From positions 1-64,000 of the IMG/VR virus record IMGVR_UViG_3300042558_005069: a stretch of 64,000 nucleotides of DNA; one strand, 5' to 3'. The notes below the pieces were generated by a model. The model did no database searches. It was not told where the DNA came from and saw only the letters and a program-made list of their open reading frames with translations. Shown here piece after piece: positions 48,646-59,021 of the stretch; the first letter of the stretch is position 1; every line of letters starts with the position of its first letter. The stretch comes from a virus. The position numbers were made by a program, and so were the translations under genes.

Positions 48646-49270
48646 TCTCTTCCTCGGTCTCGTTGATATCTTCAACAATCTCAGCATCAATTATTTCCGA
48701 TTCGCTCTCTCCCATGAGGGCTTTTACAGTTCCTTCAGGCAAAACTCCTGCTATTGCCATTAGTTCTAGAAGTTTTCTTGCCTCTGATTCTGGATCAAAC
48801 CCGGTAGATGGCTTTATAACACCAGGCTGGCCAGCGATTGTCGCTCTAACTTGTTGATTATTATTGTCAACCTGAACATTTACATTTGTCTGCTCCATGC
48901 CCATTAGCTTACTTCTTCTGTCCATGATGGATAGGACTTGCTGAATGGCTTTCATGTCTGGTTCGACTTGAACTTCTGTCCCGTCATCCATGACCACTCG
49001 TCGATGCTGTGTCATCGGCCAAATTGCTTGTTGCAGGTTGTCAAGCCTTTCAAGCTCCAGCCTGAGAACCTCGGGGTAGGCAAGAATTGCCTCTCTGTTC
49101 ATTTTTTGGAGCTGTCGCTCAATGGACCTAGAGACGCTAGGGGCAGACATACCAAATCTTCTTGCTATCTCGGTTACAGAAGTTCCAGCTTGTCGCATCT
49201 TGAATATGCGAAGATCACGTTCGCTTAGGAATTCTTTTGTAGTTATTGGCTTAGCTTTATCGTCACTCAT
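48638..49270 (-). CDS. HTH protein, possible terminase small subunit
   Basis: MRQAGTSVTEIARRFGMS HTH; ELERLD..Q..IW; IMDRRSKLMG. Confidence 0.6.
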   Translation of the reverse strand: MSDDKAKPITTKEFLSERDLRIFKMRQAGTSVTEIARRFGMSAPSVSRSIERQLQKMNREAILAYPEVLRLELERLDNLQQAIWPMTQHRRVVMDDGTEVQVEPDMKAIQQVLSIMDRRSKLMGMEQTNVNVQVDNNNQQVRATIAGQPGVIKPSTGFDPESEARKLLELMAIAGVLPEGTVKALMGESESEIIDAEIVEDINETEEENE

Positions 49271-51107
49271 TGCTTATTTTGGCCCACTCCGTAACTTCGA
49301 AGGGGAACATCCCTCCACGTTTCATTTTAGTCGGCCAATTACGTTCGTCACGTGCACCACGAAAATGCTTAATATCGTAACCATACTCACCGACACACAT
49401 CGGATCAGGCTGAAGTGAAATTCCAAATTCAGGCCACCTAGACCAGACTGCAGACCCAAAAGGGCGCAGATCGCGAGAGCTCCCAGAGGCGCCGAGAGGG
49501 GCATGATGCTCAATCCAAAGAGCACAGCCATAAATCACCCGAATCTGATCTAAATACCTTGCCATCTCAATCGCCACCGCCTCGGAAGTCCGAGAACCAG
49601 GGTCGACAAAAGCTTTGTAAAGTGGACCAATAAGGAGCAATTCTGGCTGTATTTCCTCTAGTGCATTTTCGAGCAGGGCCCTGTCTGCCCCTCTGAGCAG
49701 ATCCATGCCGGACGGTTTTGTATAAAGATATGAATCAAGTCTTTTGCTGCCAGACCGAGTCATCGCTACGTTGGCGATCTTTCTACTTGTTCTTCTAATA
49801 ATTGTGTCTGGATTTTCCAAGTCAATAGTCAAAGTTCTTATTGGGCGCATCGGCTGGTAAGAGAATGGATGTATTCCTGCCCCTCCGAGTATGGCTACCT
49901 GCCTGGCTAACATTGTCTTGCCGACGCCCTCCGCTGCAACCACTATTACGCGTTCCCCACGCTCGATGATATGCGGAATGACCCATTCGTACGTGTCTCG
50001 ATCTGCTTCGGCAAGAAGATCATTCCACTGGATTAATCGACCTGCGTCAAGAACTGGACCCGATCCCGAAGACGAGATGATCAAACTTGATTTAGCCAAC
50101 TTGAGTTTTGAACTTAAATCTTCCCTAGATAAAAGATCCTGAAGCTTTTCGATGGCTTCATCTTCAAACGATATTTCGTGTTCAGGCTCTTCTGATTCAT
50201 TCAAAACAGCAGAATCTTGATTTTCATTGGACAGGGCTGTGTGGTCGACGAAGACGCCTTCGTCTTCGACGGGTTCCAACTCGTCTATTCCTTTCCCCGC
50301 TTCAATGTGATCTGTAATGTCTTTATGAGTGGGAGAAATCCAAACTTGAGCTTCACACCCAGCTGCTCGCAACCTACGACAAACATCAACCGCATGCTGT
50401 ATCCCAACGTCGTCGTGGTCAGCAATTATTTCTACTGTTTTAGCTCCACTGAGGGTTTCTGTATGAAGATCAAGCCAGCTTCCAGCACCATTAGGCATTG
50501 TCGTTGCAACTTGGCCTAGCGAAATGAGGGTATTTGCGTCTTTTTCTCCTTCGACTACCCATATTGTTTCGTCATTATTTTTAGCGCGAACAACTTCTGG
50601 CAAGTTATAAAGAACTTTTGGGATATCCGAAGCGCTATAAATCCAACCTCCGTTACCGTCTGGTTTCCTTTGTCTAAAAGTTTTCCGTCCAGCATCGTCG
50701 ACCAGTCGTATTTTCTGAAAGAGTAAATTGCCGTCTTCATCCGTATAGTCGTAAGACTCAACGAACTTTGTTTTAGGAGCCGCTTTCACGGCTTTTTGTT
50801 GCCTTGGAATGATGGGTGGCTTTTCCCCACTAAAACGAGAAATATCAAGAACGCTTGGCGGGTCAGATTGAGGCATCAGATCGGATACCTTGATCCCCAC
50901 TGAAGTACATATCTTTTCGACGTCGCAGGAAAGCCCCCGGTGGCACTTTATGAGTGTTCTACCATCATCCCCTTGCCCCACGGACAGCGACGGGTTGTCG
51001 TCGTCGTCTCTACAAGGGCAGCATGCCTGCCATCCCCCTGAAGTTTTTCTCACACCCTGCAATCTGTTAAGAAAGTTAAGAGTTTGCGTCGAAGGCGAGG
51101 TCGTCAT
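49263..51107 (-). CDS. Primase-helicase (Zn finger + TOPRIM + RepA/AAA_25 helicase)
   Basis: CPC..D..PSLS...KCH; VVEGEKD, DHDDVG; AAEGVGKT; RPFGS. Confidence 0.88.
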   Translation of the reverse strand: MTTSPSTQTLNFLNRLQGVRKTSGGWQACCPCRDDDDNPSLSVGQGDDGRTLIKCHRGLSCDVEKICTSVGIKVSDLMPQSDPPSVLDISRFSGEKPPIIPRQQKAVKAAPKTKFVESYDYTDEDGNLLFQKIRLVDDAGRKTFRQRKPDGNGGWIYSASDIPKVLYNLPEVVRAKNNDETIWVVEGEKDANTLISLGQVATTMPNGAGSWLDLHTETLSGAKTVEIIADHDDVGIQHAVDVCRRLRAAGCEAQVWISPTHKDITDHIEAGKGIDELEPVEDEGVFVDHTALSNENQDSAVLNESEEPEHEISFEDEAIEKLQDLLSREDLSSKLKLAKSSLIISSSGSGPVLDAGRLIQWNDLLAEADRDTYEWVIPHIIERGERVIVVAAEGVGKTMLARQVAILGGAGIHPFSYQPMRPIRTLTIDLENPDTIIRRTSRKIANVAMTRSGSKRLDSYLYTKPSGMDLLRGADRALLENALEEIQPELLLIGPLYKAFVDPGSRTSEAVAIEMARYLDQIRVIYGCALWIEHHAPLGASGSSRDLRPFGSAVWSRWPEFGISLQPDPMCVGEYGYDIKHFRGARDERNWPTKMKRGGMFPFEVTEWAKISNE

Positions 51108-51445
51108 CTCGCATCTCGCAATCTTGGAATCACTGGATCAAATGGCTCTCTTTGAACCATGAGAATATTGTGTCGTTTTCTTAATAGTTTGCGCTCACGC
51201 TCCGTGGTTCCGCCCCAGATGCCAAAAATTTCATGATACAGCGCATAATTTAAACACGGATCGATTTGCTTGCAGTCACTGCATATCGCTTTTGCTAAGT
51301 TCGTTTGCTCATTTGCTTTTCGATACTGGACAGAGAAATCTCTTCCCTTGCTTCTTTCCGCATGAGGAAACCACATTTTTACATCTTTACCGATGCAGTC
51401 GCCTCCAGTTGGGGGTGTATCGATCCGTTCGTGTGTTGGTCTCAT
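51104..51445 (-). CDS. whiB: WhiB-family Fe-S transcription factor
   Basis: C...AKAICSDC....C..YAL...FGIWGGTTERER; ATG 51445 after GGAGGGG. Confidence 0.92.
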   Translation of the reverse strand: MRPTHERIDTPPTGGDCIGKDVKMWFPHAERSKGRDFSVQYRKANEQTNLAKAICSDCKQIDPCLNYALYHEIFGIWGGTTERERKLLRKRHNILMVQREPFDPVIPRLRDAR

Positions 51446-51474
51446 TTCCCCTCCTATGGATTTAATTTTGCATA

Positions 51475-51897
51475 CTACCTTGGCGTTACGATTCTTGTCA
51501 CATCTGCAGCAGATAAATATATAACACAATTTCTAACAACCAAAGATCCAGCAACATCTTCAACCGAAAGACCGATTGCGTCAATTGGGACATTGAACCT
51601 AGCGGCCAATGTGGCACGAATTTTTTCCACTCTTAGTTCTTCATCAACAAGACTTGGTCCATCATCGTACGAGGAGAGAGGAGTTGGTTGAGGAGAAAAA
51701 AGACCCCTTAATTCTTCTTCTCGCCCATCTGTGCGCAAACACAAGACACAAGTTATCTCCTCTGTCCTGGCTGCTCTTTTTCTACTTTCTGTATGTCCAC
51801 AGTCAAGCGTGTGTAGATACTGAAATTTACCCCAGGCACCAACGCGATCGACGCTGACAACACGGCGACGTGGGGCGCGCCTGTGTTCAGTTGTCAT
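51475..51897 (-). CDS. Hypothetical protein with LDCGH...CVLC zinc motif
   Basis: 140-aa ORF. Confidence 0.65.
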   Translation of the reverse strand: MTTEHRRAPRRRVVSVDRVGAWGKFQYLHTLDCGHTESRKRAARTEEITCVLCLRTDGREEELRGLFSPQPTPLSSYDDGPSLVDEELRVEKIRATLAARFNVPIDAIGLSVEDVAGSLVVRNCVIYLSAADVTRIVTPR

Positions 51898-51906
51898 TTA
51901 AGGTCT

Positions 51907-52272
51907 TTATTTTTTTTTCGATTTAGTCAATCGAATTTTATTTAGGAATCTACGAATCCAGCTTTTTACGGCAACTACTTCAATATTCACTCCAGCTATT
52001 TCTTCAACATTCGACTCGACGCGGTTAATGACAGAATCAATAACTTCGACCATCTCTGTATGAAGTTTTTCGCTCTCTTTGTCAATTGCTAAAGCTGCCG
52101 AGGTGATTGTGTCATCGATAACTTCTTCGATGAACTTTGGGGCTTTGGGCTTGGCTGGTTTTTTGCTAGCTGTTGACTTGCTTGGCTGGCTCTTCTTTGT
52201 TTGTGCACTTGATTTTTTATGAGCACTTTTTTTAGAAGTTGTTTTTTTTGTTATTTTTTTATCTTCGGTCAT
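51907..52272 (-). CDS. Protein with Lys-rich N-terminus
   Basis: Start at MTEDKK. Confidence 0.6.
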   Translation of the reverse strand: MTEDKKITKKTTSKKSAHKKSSAQTKKSQPSKSTASKKPAKPKAPKFIEEVIDDTITSAALAIDKESEKLHTEMVEVIDSVINRVESNVEEIAGVNIEVVAVKSWIRRFLNKIRLTKSKKK

Positions 52273-52358
52273 GCCACAACAATAGCCGAAATTTTGCCTC
52301 CCGTGCAACACATAAACTATTTACGATTTTTTTTAAAATCCATGTTTAGTATTTAGTC

Positions 52359-52994
52359 ATGGAGGAGTATGTCAACGATTTTGCCAAAATGGCGCTGGCC
52401 CTTGCCTCGGCGCAGCTTGCCAAAGAAACGGCAATCAAGGAGCAAGGAATTGGGGAAGACCTTAAAGCGCATTTTATGGGATGGAATGAAGAAGACTTAA
52501 CGATCGTCGCCCAGATGAAAGAAGATGTTTCCAGGTACTCCCAGGCAGACAGATTTGAAAGATGTGCAATACTCTGTAAAATCCTTAGAAAACATTGGTG
52601 GGTGTCTTCCCTGACGATGGTGAGTGAAGGCTATTGCTCCCTGGACTACCCAACGACGGAAAATTACGATTTAGCAGTTGCCTATGCCGACACGTCACTT
52701 CCTGTTTTTGAGTGCATTACTGTAATTCACGTCACCCTTGACGAGTCTGGAATAATTTCCCCTGTATCTATGGTGGCCGCCCCTTACGTGACGAAGATTG
52801 GGAGGGTTGTGGAGTGGCAGGACGTTCTAGTGTATCCGGAAATAACTGCCAAAAACCTTAGACAATACAAGTACCCATTAATGCTCACAAATTCTATGAT
52901 GGAGCGATTGTCGGAAGATTCAAACGAAGAAACAATAATGCAAGCAAGAGCAGAAGTCGAACAATGCGGTTTCTTATTGCAAGAATTATATTAA
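52359..52994 (+). CDS. Hypothetical protein
   Basis: 211-aa ORF. Confidence 0.7.
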   Translation: MEEYVNDFAKMALALASAQLAKETAIKEQGIGEDLKAHFMGWNEEDLTIVAQMKEDVSRYSQADRFERCAILCKILRKHWWVSSLTMVSEGYCSLDYPTTENYDLAVAYADTSLPVFECITVIHVTLDESGIISPVSMVAAPYVTKIGRVVEWQDVLVYPEITAKNLRQYKYPLMLTNSMMERLSEDSNEETIMQARAEVEQCGFLLQELY

Positions 52995-53007
52995 GTACAA
53001 TAATTAA

Positions 53008-53334
53008 ATGAACGCGTTTTATGAAAGCCCTAGCTTCGGAGGAAGCGAAGATTACGAAATTCTTGACGGGGTTAAAGTATCGCGAGCCGATAGAGCCCCT
53101 TGCCCGGTCTGTGGTCACTCCACCGGCGATTGCGCACCGCCTGACGAAGTAGGCCCAGGCATCATTTTTGGGTACAACACAAATTCCACATTGGACGATA
53201 CTCAAACGTTCGTTGTCCCTGAAGACATCTATGATCAAAGAGAAATTGCGCCAGGCGTAACTATGCGGCTACTTCTTTACAAGCAAGGAAAAGTAATTCC
53301 GCTTATCAAGGCCAAGGAGTTGGGGCTTATTTAA
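53008..53334 (+). CDS. Hypothetical protein with CPVCGH..GDC
   Basis: 108-aa ORF. Confidence 0.7.
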   Translation: MNAFYESPSFGGSEDYEILDGVKVSRADRAPCPVCGHSTGDCAPPDEVGPGIIFGYNTNSTLDDTQTFVVPEDIYDQREIAPGVTMRLLLYKQGKVIPLIKAKELGLI

Positions 53335-53423
53335 AAATTTTTATTTCGCTGGACTTTTTCACTATTCAATATTGGGCTACACTGAACAGTTCCAAATCAA
53401 AACAATATTAGCTAGGAAAAAAA

Positions 53424-55349
53424 ATGGCATTTATCGAAGATAGCTTTGTAAAAGATTACTTGACACAGAAATCTCCGTGGGGATTTAACGGAATGGGCGA
53501 AATAGTTTTTTTGCGAACATACAGCCGCAAGAAAAATGATGGAACAACAGAAGTCTGGCCAGAGACGATCCAGCGCGTTGTAAACGGAGCAATTGCTATC
53601 GGAGTTCCCTACACGCAGGATGAGGCTGAAAGGTTGTTTGATCACATGTTCAACCTTCGCTGCTCAATGAGTGGAAGAGCGCTATGGCAGCTAGGAACGC
53701 CAATGGTTGAAAAGTTTGGCGGAGCTTCTTTAAATAACTGTTATTTTACTAATATCGAAAAAGTGGAAGATTTTGAATTTTTGTTTGAGTATTTAATGCT
53801 GGGTGGCGGTGTCGGTTTTTCTGTAGAGCGCTCAAAAATACACGACTTGCCTAAAGTGAAAAATGCAGTAGTAATCACTCACGAGCGATCAAACGACGCT
53901 GACATAATTGTTCCCGATAGTCGAGGTGGATGGAAGAGACTCCTCCACAGCGTTTTAAAATCTTATTTTGAAACAGGAAAATCTTTTACATATTCGACAA
54001 TTCTGGTGCGCGAATACGGCGCTCCGCTTAAGGGATTTGGCGGCACAGCGTCTGGTCCGGGTGCTTTGATTGACGGAATTGCGGATATATGTAAAGTCCT
54101 AGATAATAGAGCTGGAAAAAAATTACGCTCTATTGATGTCCTCGACATCTGTAACATCATTGGGCGCATCGTTGTCTCGGGCTCATCAAGAAGATCAGCA
54201 CAAATCTCAATGGGTGATCCGGATGATGCTTTGTTCATTAGGGCAAAGAACTGGGCGTCGGGCTCGATCCCTGCATGGAGAGCAAATAGCAATAACTCGC
54301 TCTATGCTGATGGGTGGGACGAGATCCCCTCGGAGCTCTGGAAGGGCTATGACGGTACGGGGGAGCCATATGGCCTTGTGAACCGAAAGCTCGCACGTCG
54401 CTATGGGCGGTTAGGTGAAGTCAGGGTAGATAATAGTATTGAGGGCTTCAACCCATGCGCCGAGATAGGTCTAGCTGATGGAGAATCATGTAATTTGGCG
54501 ACTGTTTTCCTGCCGAATATCGAATCCATAGAGCAATTCAAGGAGATATCCCGTCTTCTTTATCTAACGCAGAAGCAGATTACTCGTTTGCCGTATCCGT
54601 ATGAAAAAACAACACAAATTGTCCGTCAGAATGCAAGACTTGGACAAAGCGTGACAGGGATTCTTCAATCAACAGCAGAACAGTTGTCTTGGCTGTCCGC
54701 TGGATACGTAGCCCTAAGAGAGCTAGACAAGAAGTATTCCGCCGAAAACGGGTTCCCGGAGTCTGTTCGTATGACGACCGTACAGCCCTCTGGGACGCTC
54801 TCTCTGCTTCCAGGGGTAACCCCCGGCATACATCCGGCCTATGCTCCGTATTATATCCGTCGCGTTCGTTTTGGCTCCAGTGACCCTCTAGTCGATGCCT
54901 GCCGCAAGCGTGGATACAAGGTGATTTGGGATATCGGAATCGATGGACGGGAAGACCATACTCGCTATGTGGTCGAGTTCCCTTGCCGGTCTCCAGAGGG
55001 TTCTGTTCTCGCAGTTGACATGACAGCGGTTGAGCAGCTCGAATGGGTGAGGAAGATGCAAACAGAGTGGGCCGATAATGCAGTTTCCGTGACTGTTTAC
55101 TACCGCAAGGAAGAGCTCCCGTTAATTAAAGAATGGCTTGAAAAGAACTACGACAAGAGCGTTAAATCCGTTTCTTTCCTGCTGCATAGCGATCATAATT
55201 TTTCCCTTCCTCCCTACGAGGAAATTACAAAAGAATCCTATGAAAAACTTTCAGCGCGGGTTGACATGTCCATTCCCCTTGTCCAGTCAGCATTTGACGG
55301 AGAAATAATGGTGGATGATTGCGCTACTGGAGCTTGCCCTGTAAAGTAA
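53424..55349 (+). CDS. nrdJ: Class II (B12-dependent) ribonucleotide reductase
   Basis: RTYSR, LNNC, GGGVGF, RRSAQI, NPCAEI..CNL, TVQPSGT, C-terminal CATGACP; no small subunit nearby. Confidence 0.93.
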   Translation: MAFIEDSFVKDYLTQKSPWGFNGMGEIVFLRTYSRKKNDGTTEVWPETIQRVVNGAIAIGVPYTQDEAERLFDHMFNLRCSMSGRALWQLGTPMVEKFGGASLNNCYFTNIEKVEDFEFLFEYLMLGGGVGFSVERSKIHDLPKVKNAVVITHERSNDADIIVPDSRGGWKRLLHSVLKSYFETGKSFTYSTILVREYGAPLKGFGGTASGPGALIDGIADICKVLDNRAGKKLRSIDVLDICNIIGRIVVSGSSRRSAQISMGDPDDALFIRAKNWASGSIPAWRANSNNSLYADGWDEIPSELWKGYDGTGEPYGLVNRKLARRYGRLGEVRVDNSIEGFNPCAEIGLADGESCNLATVFLPNIESIEQFKEISRLLYLTQKQITRLPYPYEKTTQIVRQNARLGQSVTGILQSTAEQLSWLSAGYVALRELDKKYSAENGFPESVRMTTVQPSGTLSLLPGVTPGIHPAYAPYYIRRVRFGSSDPLVDACRKRGYKVIWDIGIDGREDHTRYVVEFPCRSPEGSVLAVDMTAVEQLEWVRKMQTEWADNAVSVTVYYRKEELPLIKEWLEKNYDKSVKSVSFLLHSDHNFSLPPYEEITKESYEKLSARVDMSIPLVQSAFDGEIMVDDCATGACPVK

Positions 55350-55417
55350 AGGCACGCTAGAAGTCATATCTCAATACGTGATCTTCTTGGCAATTAATGG
55401 TCAGATAAAAATCATTA

Positions 55418-55490
<73 letters not shown>

Positions 55491-55492
55491 CT

Positions 55493-56647
55493 ATGGAAAA
55501 TGACATTTTTAACAAAGAACTGTATCGTGACCCTTTTGCCATGTTCGCACAGTGGCGCGCAAGTCCTACTTTGCCGTACGACAAAAAAACAAATACCTAT
55601 GCATTGTCTCGGCACGCTGACGTAAATTTCGCATTGCGAAGTCCTGAAATATTTACCAGTTCGTTTGGGGGCAGGGCAAACTCAATAGCACAGCCTTTTA
55701 TGGTTGACGTAGACGACCCAGGGCACAGAGTGCAACGTTCAGTTATTGAAAAAATGCTCACTCCAAGTGCGGTTAGCAAGCATTCTGAATATGTTACCGC
55801 AGTGATCGACATAGCAGTAAAAGGGATAATCGGAGCTGGCAGCGTCGAGGTCGTAAATGCCATTGCTCAGACACTTCCCGTAACTTTTATCGGTTCCTTG
55901 CTGGGCGTAAGGGATTCTGACTTTCCTCTACTCAGGAAGTGGGGTGAAGCCATGGTGGAGGGAGCCGATGGATGGGAAAACGTCACAGAAGAAGTGGTTG
56001 AGGCTGTAATAAACTGGTTTGACTATTTTGACGATCTGTCGAAAACGGGATATTGGGACGACAAAGAAGGAATAATATCTCTGCTCTTGAATGCTTCAAA
56101 AGAAAATGGGAGCATAACCTACGAAGAGGCTAGAGGTAATTCGTTGGCGATTCTCATCGGTGGAAACGAAACAGCAAAATATCTACTTTCTGGGGCTATC
56201 GATCTTTATGTAGAAAATCCAGACATAGCCACAATCTACAAAGATGTAGGACCGGAAAAATTCATCAATGAGGTATTGCGATACCTGAGTCCTGTAGTTA
56301 GTTCAGCTAGAAGAACGACAACGGATGTTGCGGTTGGTGAGAATATCATCCCTGCTGGAGCTCAGGTGATGCTGTTCTTGACATCTGCAAACATGGACGA
56401 ATCTGTATTTGAGAATCCAGAACTATTTAACCCAGCGCGTAATAGTTCAGCGCATTTGTCTCTTGGCTTCGGGCCCCACTTCTGCATTGGAGCATCCTTG
56501 GCGAAGATACAGCTTCAAGCGTTGTTTGAATATTTTATAAATAACAAAATAAAAATAACAAAAGACGAAAGCGCTCCGATGAAGTTTAAGTACTCAACAT
56601 TCTTGCGTGGTATAAAAGAAATGCGTGCATTCGTTGAGAAAAATTAG
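55493..56647 (+). CDS. Cytochrome P450
   Basis: D.PGH...R, I-helix GGNETA, ExxR (EVLR), SANMDE.VF..P..F, heme motif LGFGPHFCIG. Confidence 0.95.
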   Translation: MENDIFNKELYRDPFAMFAQWRASPTLPYDKKTNTYALSRHADVNFALRSPEIFTSSFGGRANSIAQPFMVDVDDPGHRVQRSVIEKMLTPSAVSKHSEYVTAVIDIAVKGIIGAGSVEVVNAIAQTLPVTFIGSLLGVRDSDFPLLRKWGEAMVEGADGWENVTEEVVEAVINWFDYFDDLSKTGYWDDKEGIISLLLNASKENGSITYEEARGNSLAILIGGNETAKYLLSGAIDLYVENPDIATIYKDVGPEKFINEVLRYLSPVVSSARRTTTDVAVGENIIPAGAQVMLFLTSANMDESVFENPELFNPARNSSAHLSLGFGPHFCIGASLAKIQLQALFEYFINNKIKITKDESAPMKFKYSTFLRGIKEMRAFVEKN

Positions 56648-56649
56648 AA

Positions 56650-57048
56650 TTATTTAAACTCGGACCAAGTTTTGTTTCCAACCCCAAAGTACTCTCGAGC
56701 GTAACCTGACTCTATGATATCCAAATTCAAGCAAGCAGTTTTTACATCATCAATGTCTTCTGAGGAAAATATCCTTGCGAGAACCCGTCCGTATTTGTCA
56801 TTTTTGTCTGGGATTGTATTCACGTAAACCCATTTATGCTTGGAAATCCAGTCTTCTGTGAATTTCTTTGCGCTCAGACCCATCTGCTTTTCGGCTAGGT
56901 CTTTTGTTCTTGTCTCGGGCGTGTTGACGCCATATAGGCGAACTCTAATTTTGTGGTGAATATTGAAACCAAGATCAATCATTAGATCGACAGTGTCTCC
57001 GTCTACAACCCTCAGTACGGTAGCTCCGTACCAAAAGCGAGCACTCAT
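56650..57048 (-). CDS. Thermonuclease (SNase-like)
   Basis: VVDGDT, RVRLYGVNTPE, DKYGRVLA. Confidence 0.9.
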   Translation of the reverse strand: MSARFWYGATVLRVVDGDTVDLMIDLGFNIHHKIRVRLYGVNTPETRTKDLAEKQMGLSAKKFTEDWISKHKWVYVNTIPDKNDKYGRVLARIFSSEDIDDVKTACLNLDIIESGYAREYFGVGNKTWSEFK

Positions 57049-58043
57049 TACGAGGCCTGTGCCGGAATTAGTTTTTCTCCAGTTAGTGTAACTCTGTTAA
57101 CCAAACGTGGGGAATGTCCAATATCTCCGACTACAGCGTGCTGTGTCGATATATTGTCAGAGAATATAACGTCTCCCTGAGTCCAGTGATGGCGGACAGT
57201 AAATTCGTAGCGAGTTGTATGTTTGAAAAGGAATTGAAGGATTGCGTCGCTTTCAGGTTTTGAAAAGTCCACAATTCTTCTTGTGAACCCCGGATTTATG
57301 AATAATGATTCTTCTCCAGTTTCCGGATGGACTATAACAACTGGATGACGAGCGGTAACTTGCGCAGCACGCTTCAGGTAATCCCAGTGGTCGACTAGTC
57401 CGTTTTCTTCTTTGCCGTTAATTCCTTCTATCTTTGCTCCAGTATTGGACATTCCACCTTTACCCATGCCCATGTCAGAAACTTCAGACGCATCGTGAAT
57501 AGCCATTGTGCCTCGTAGTGCATCTTTCATTCTCTTGCTTAGAGATCTGAATGCCGCTTCTTGGTCGCACCACATGGTGTCTCCGCCAGCGTAGGGGATG
57601 ATGACGCCATTCAGTATTGAACATTTTGGCGGATTTTCAATAAACGTTATGTCAGTATGCCAGGCAACGCCACGTTCCTGAAACTTTGTTTTATCACTGT
57701 TCTCATATTCTGGATACTGCACACCCGGAATGGTGTAATCAACTTCGAATATGTTTGGAAAATCTTTTTTACCAGGAAGAAGTGGATGAGCGCTTCTTGG
57801 TGTTCCAAAGAGCGCTGCAAAAGCTTCATGCTGTACAGGATTAAGATTTTGTTTTCTAAAAAAAACAACCTTATGACGCAACATCAGGTTATAAATTGTC
57901 TCAATAATTCCTGCATCTTTATGGTCAATCAAGTCAATTAAATTAACTCCCTCGATTTCTGCTCCAAGCTTTCCGGCTACTGGCTTTACCAACAAGCCAG
58001 CTTCGGTATATTCTACGTGATGCTCTTTAACCATTATTGACAT
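57048..58043 (-). CDS. TauD/TfdA-family 2OG-dependent dioxygenase
   Basis: LGAEI.G, HKVVFFR.Q, WHTD, GGDT.W, HPVV..HPETG, DN.STQH, R. Confidence 0.92.
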   Translation of the reverse strand: MSIMVKEHHVEYTEAGLLVKPVAGKLGAEIEGVNLIDLIDHKDAGIIETIYNLMLRHKVVFFRKQNLNPVQHEAFAALFGTPRSAHPLLPGKKDFPNIFEVDYTIPGVQYPEYENSDKTKFQERGVAWHTDITFIENPPKCSILNGVIIPYAGGDTMWCDQEAAFRSLSKRMKDALRGTMAIHDASEVSDMGMGKGGMSNTGAKIEGINGKEENGLVDHWDYLKRAAQVTARHPVVIVHPETGEESLFINPGFTRRIVDFSKPESDAILQFLFKHTTRYEFTVRHHWTQGDVIFSDNISTQHAVVGDIGHSPRLVNRVTLTGEKLIPAQAS

Positions 58044-58920
58044 TTTTTTTGGCCTTTGCTATCTTTGATTTTTTATTTTTTTTCTTTTTTCTTATTCGCA
58101 TCATATCAGTATGTGCTTGCCCCATGCGCTTAACGTCCCGAATGGATCCACCAACATATGATCCATACCCAGTCTTCGCTGCTATGACACTATTGGAAAG
58201 TTCTTCCAATACAAGCCTTCTTCTCCTGCTGTCGGTTATCTGATTCAAGTCCGAATCGTATACCGAATCGATCCCCTTCCCCGTCATGCCTTTCATATAT
58301 GAAGGAACCTCAACATTTATTAATGCTTTTGTTGATAAATGAGAAGTTACAACAACGTCTTCTGATAACGACTTCTTTTTTTTCTTAGCGTTTGCGTATC
58401 GCTCAAGGAGGCGTCGTCCCTTGGCAGCAAGAGCTGCCGCGTCGGAAGAGTTCTGGGGAACAGGCTCCCCCCACGCTGCAGCAGAAAGAGCCAATCTAGT
58501 AGAGCGCCCTTTGTCATCTTTCATCGGCCCAGATGGATTTGTAAAAAATCTTGTTAAGAAAGAACCTTTGCGACGCATCTTTTCAGGAGTGTTCGCTGGC
58601 CCCATTACACCAGGTTTCAGATTTGATCCTTCTTTTCTTTTGAAGTAAGCCCTGCCCGCTGCGGTAAGCCCCCCCTTCGGATCGCGAAGCACTGGACGTC
58701 TTTTTGCCGCTTTGGAGTTCAGTTCATCAGCAGATATTTTTATTTCTCCGACAACAGTAGATCCCCAATATTCATCATAAATAGGCATCATTGAAGAGGA
58801 CTTGAACTCCACAAAAGATTGCTCAATCAATTGATTAAATTCTTCTTCCTGGTCAAGTTTTTCTGAAAACTGCAAAAGCGAATCAAATAGTTCTTCATCT
58901 TTTTCATTTGTCATTTCCAT
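58027..58920 (-). CDS. DUF6321-like basic head-region protein
   Basis: DPKGGLTAAGR...NLKP, RR.SF..R, TRLALS...W. Confidence 0.6.
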   Translation of the reverse strand: MEMTNEKDEELFDSLLQFSEKLDQEEEFNQLIEQSFVEFKSSSMMPIYDEYWGSTVVGEIKISADELNSKAAKRRPVLRDPKGGLTAAGRAYFKRKEGSNLKPGVMGPANTPEKMRRKGSFLTRFFTNPSGPMKDDKGRSTRLALSAAAWGEPVPQNSSDAAALAAKGRRLLERYANAKKKKKSLSEDVVVTSHLSTKALINVEVPSYMKGMTGKGIDSVYDSDLNQITDSRRRRLVLEELSNSVIAAKTGYGSYVGGSIRDVKRMGQAHTDMMRIRKKKKNKKSKIAKAKKNVNNG

Positions 58921-59021
58921 TATCCAATTCTGGCACAGGTCAAGCCGTATAAGCGAAACCCCCTGGTTTCACTGCCAAAGCAATTACTCCCAGGGGGTCC
59001 GTTAATTAAGGGTATTGTTAA

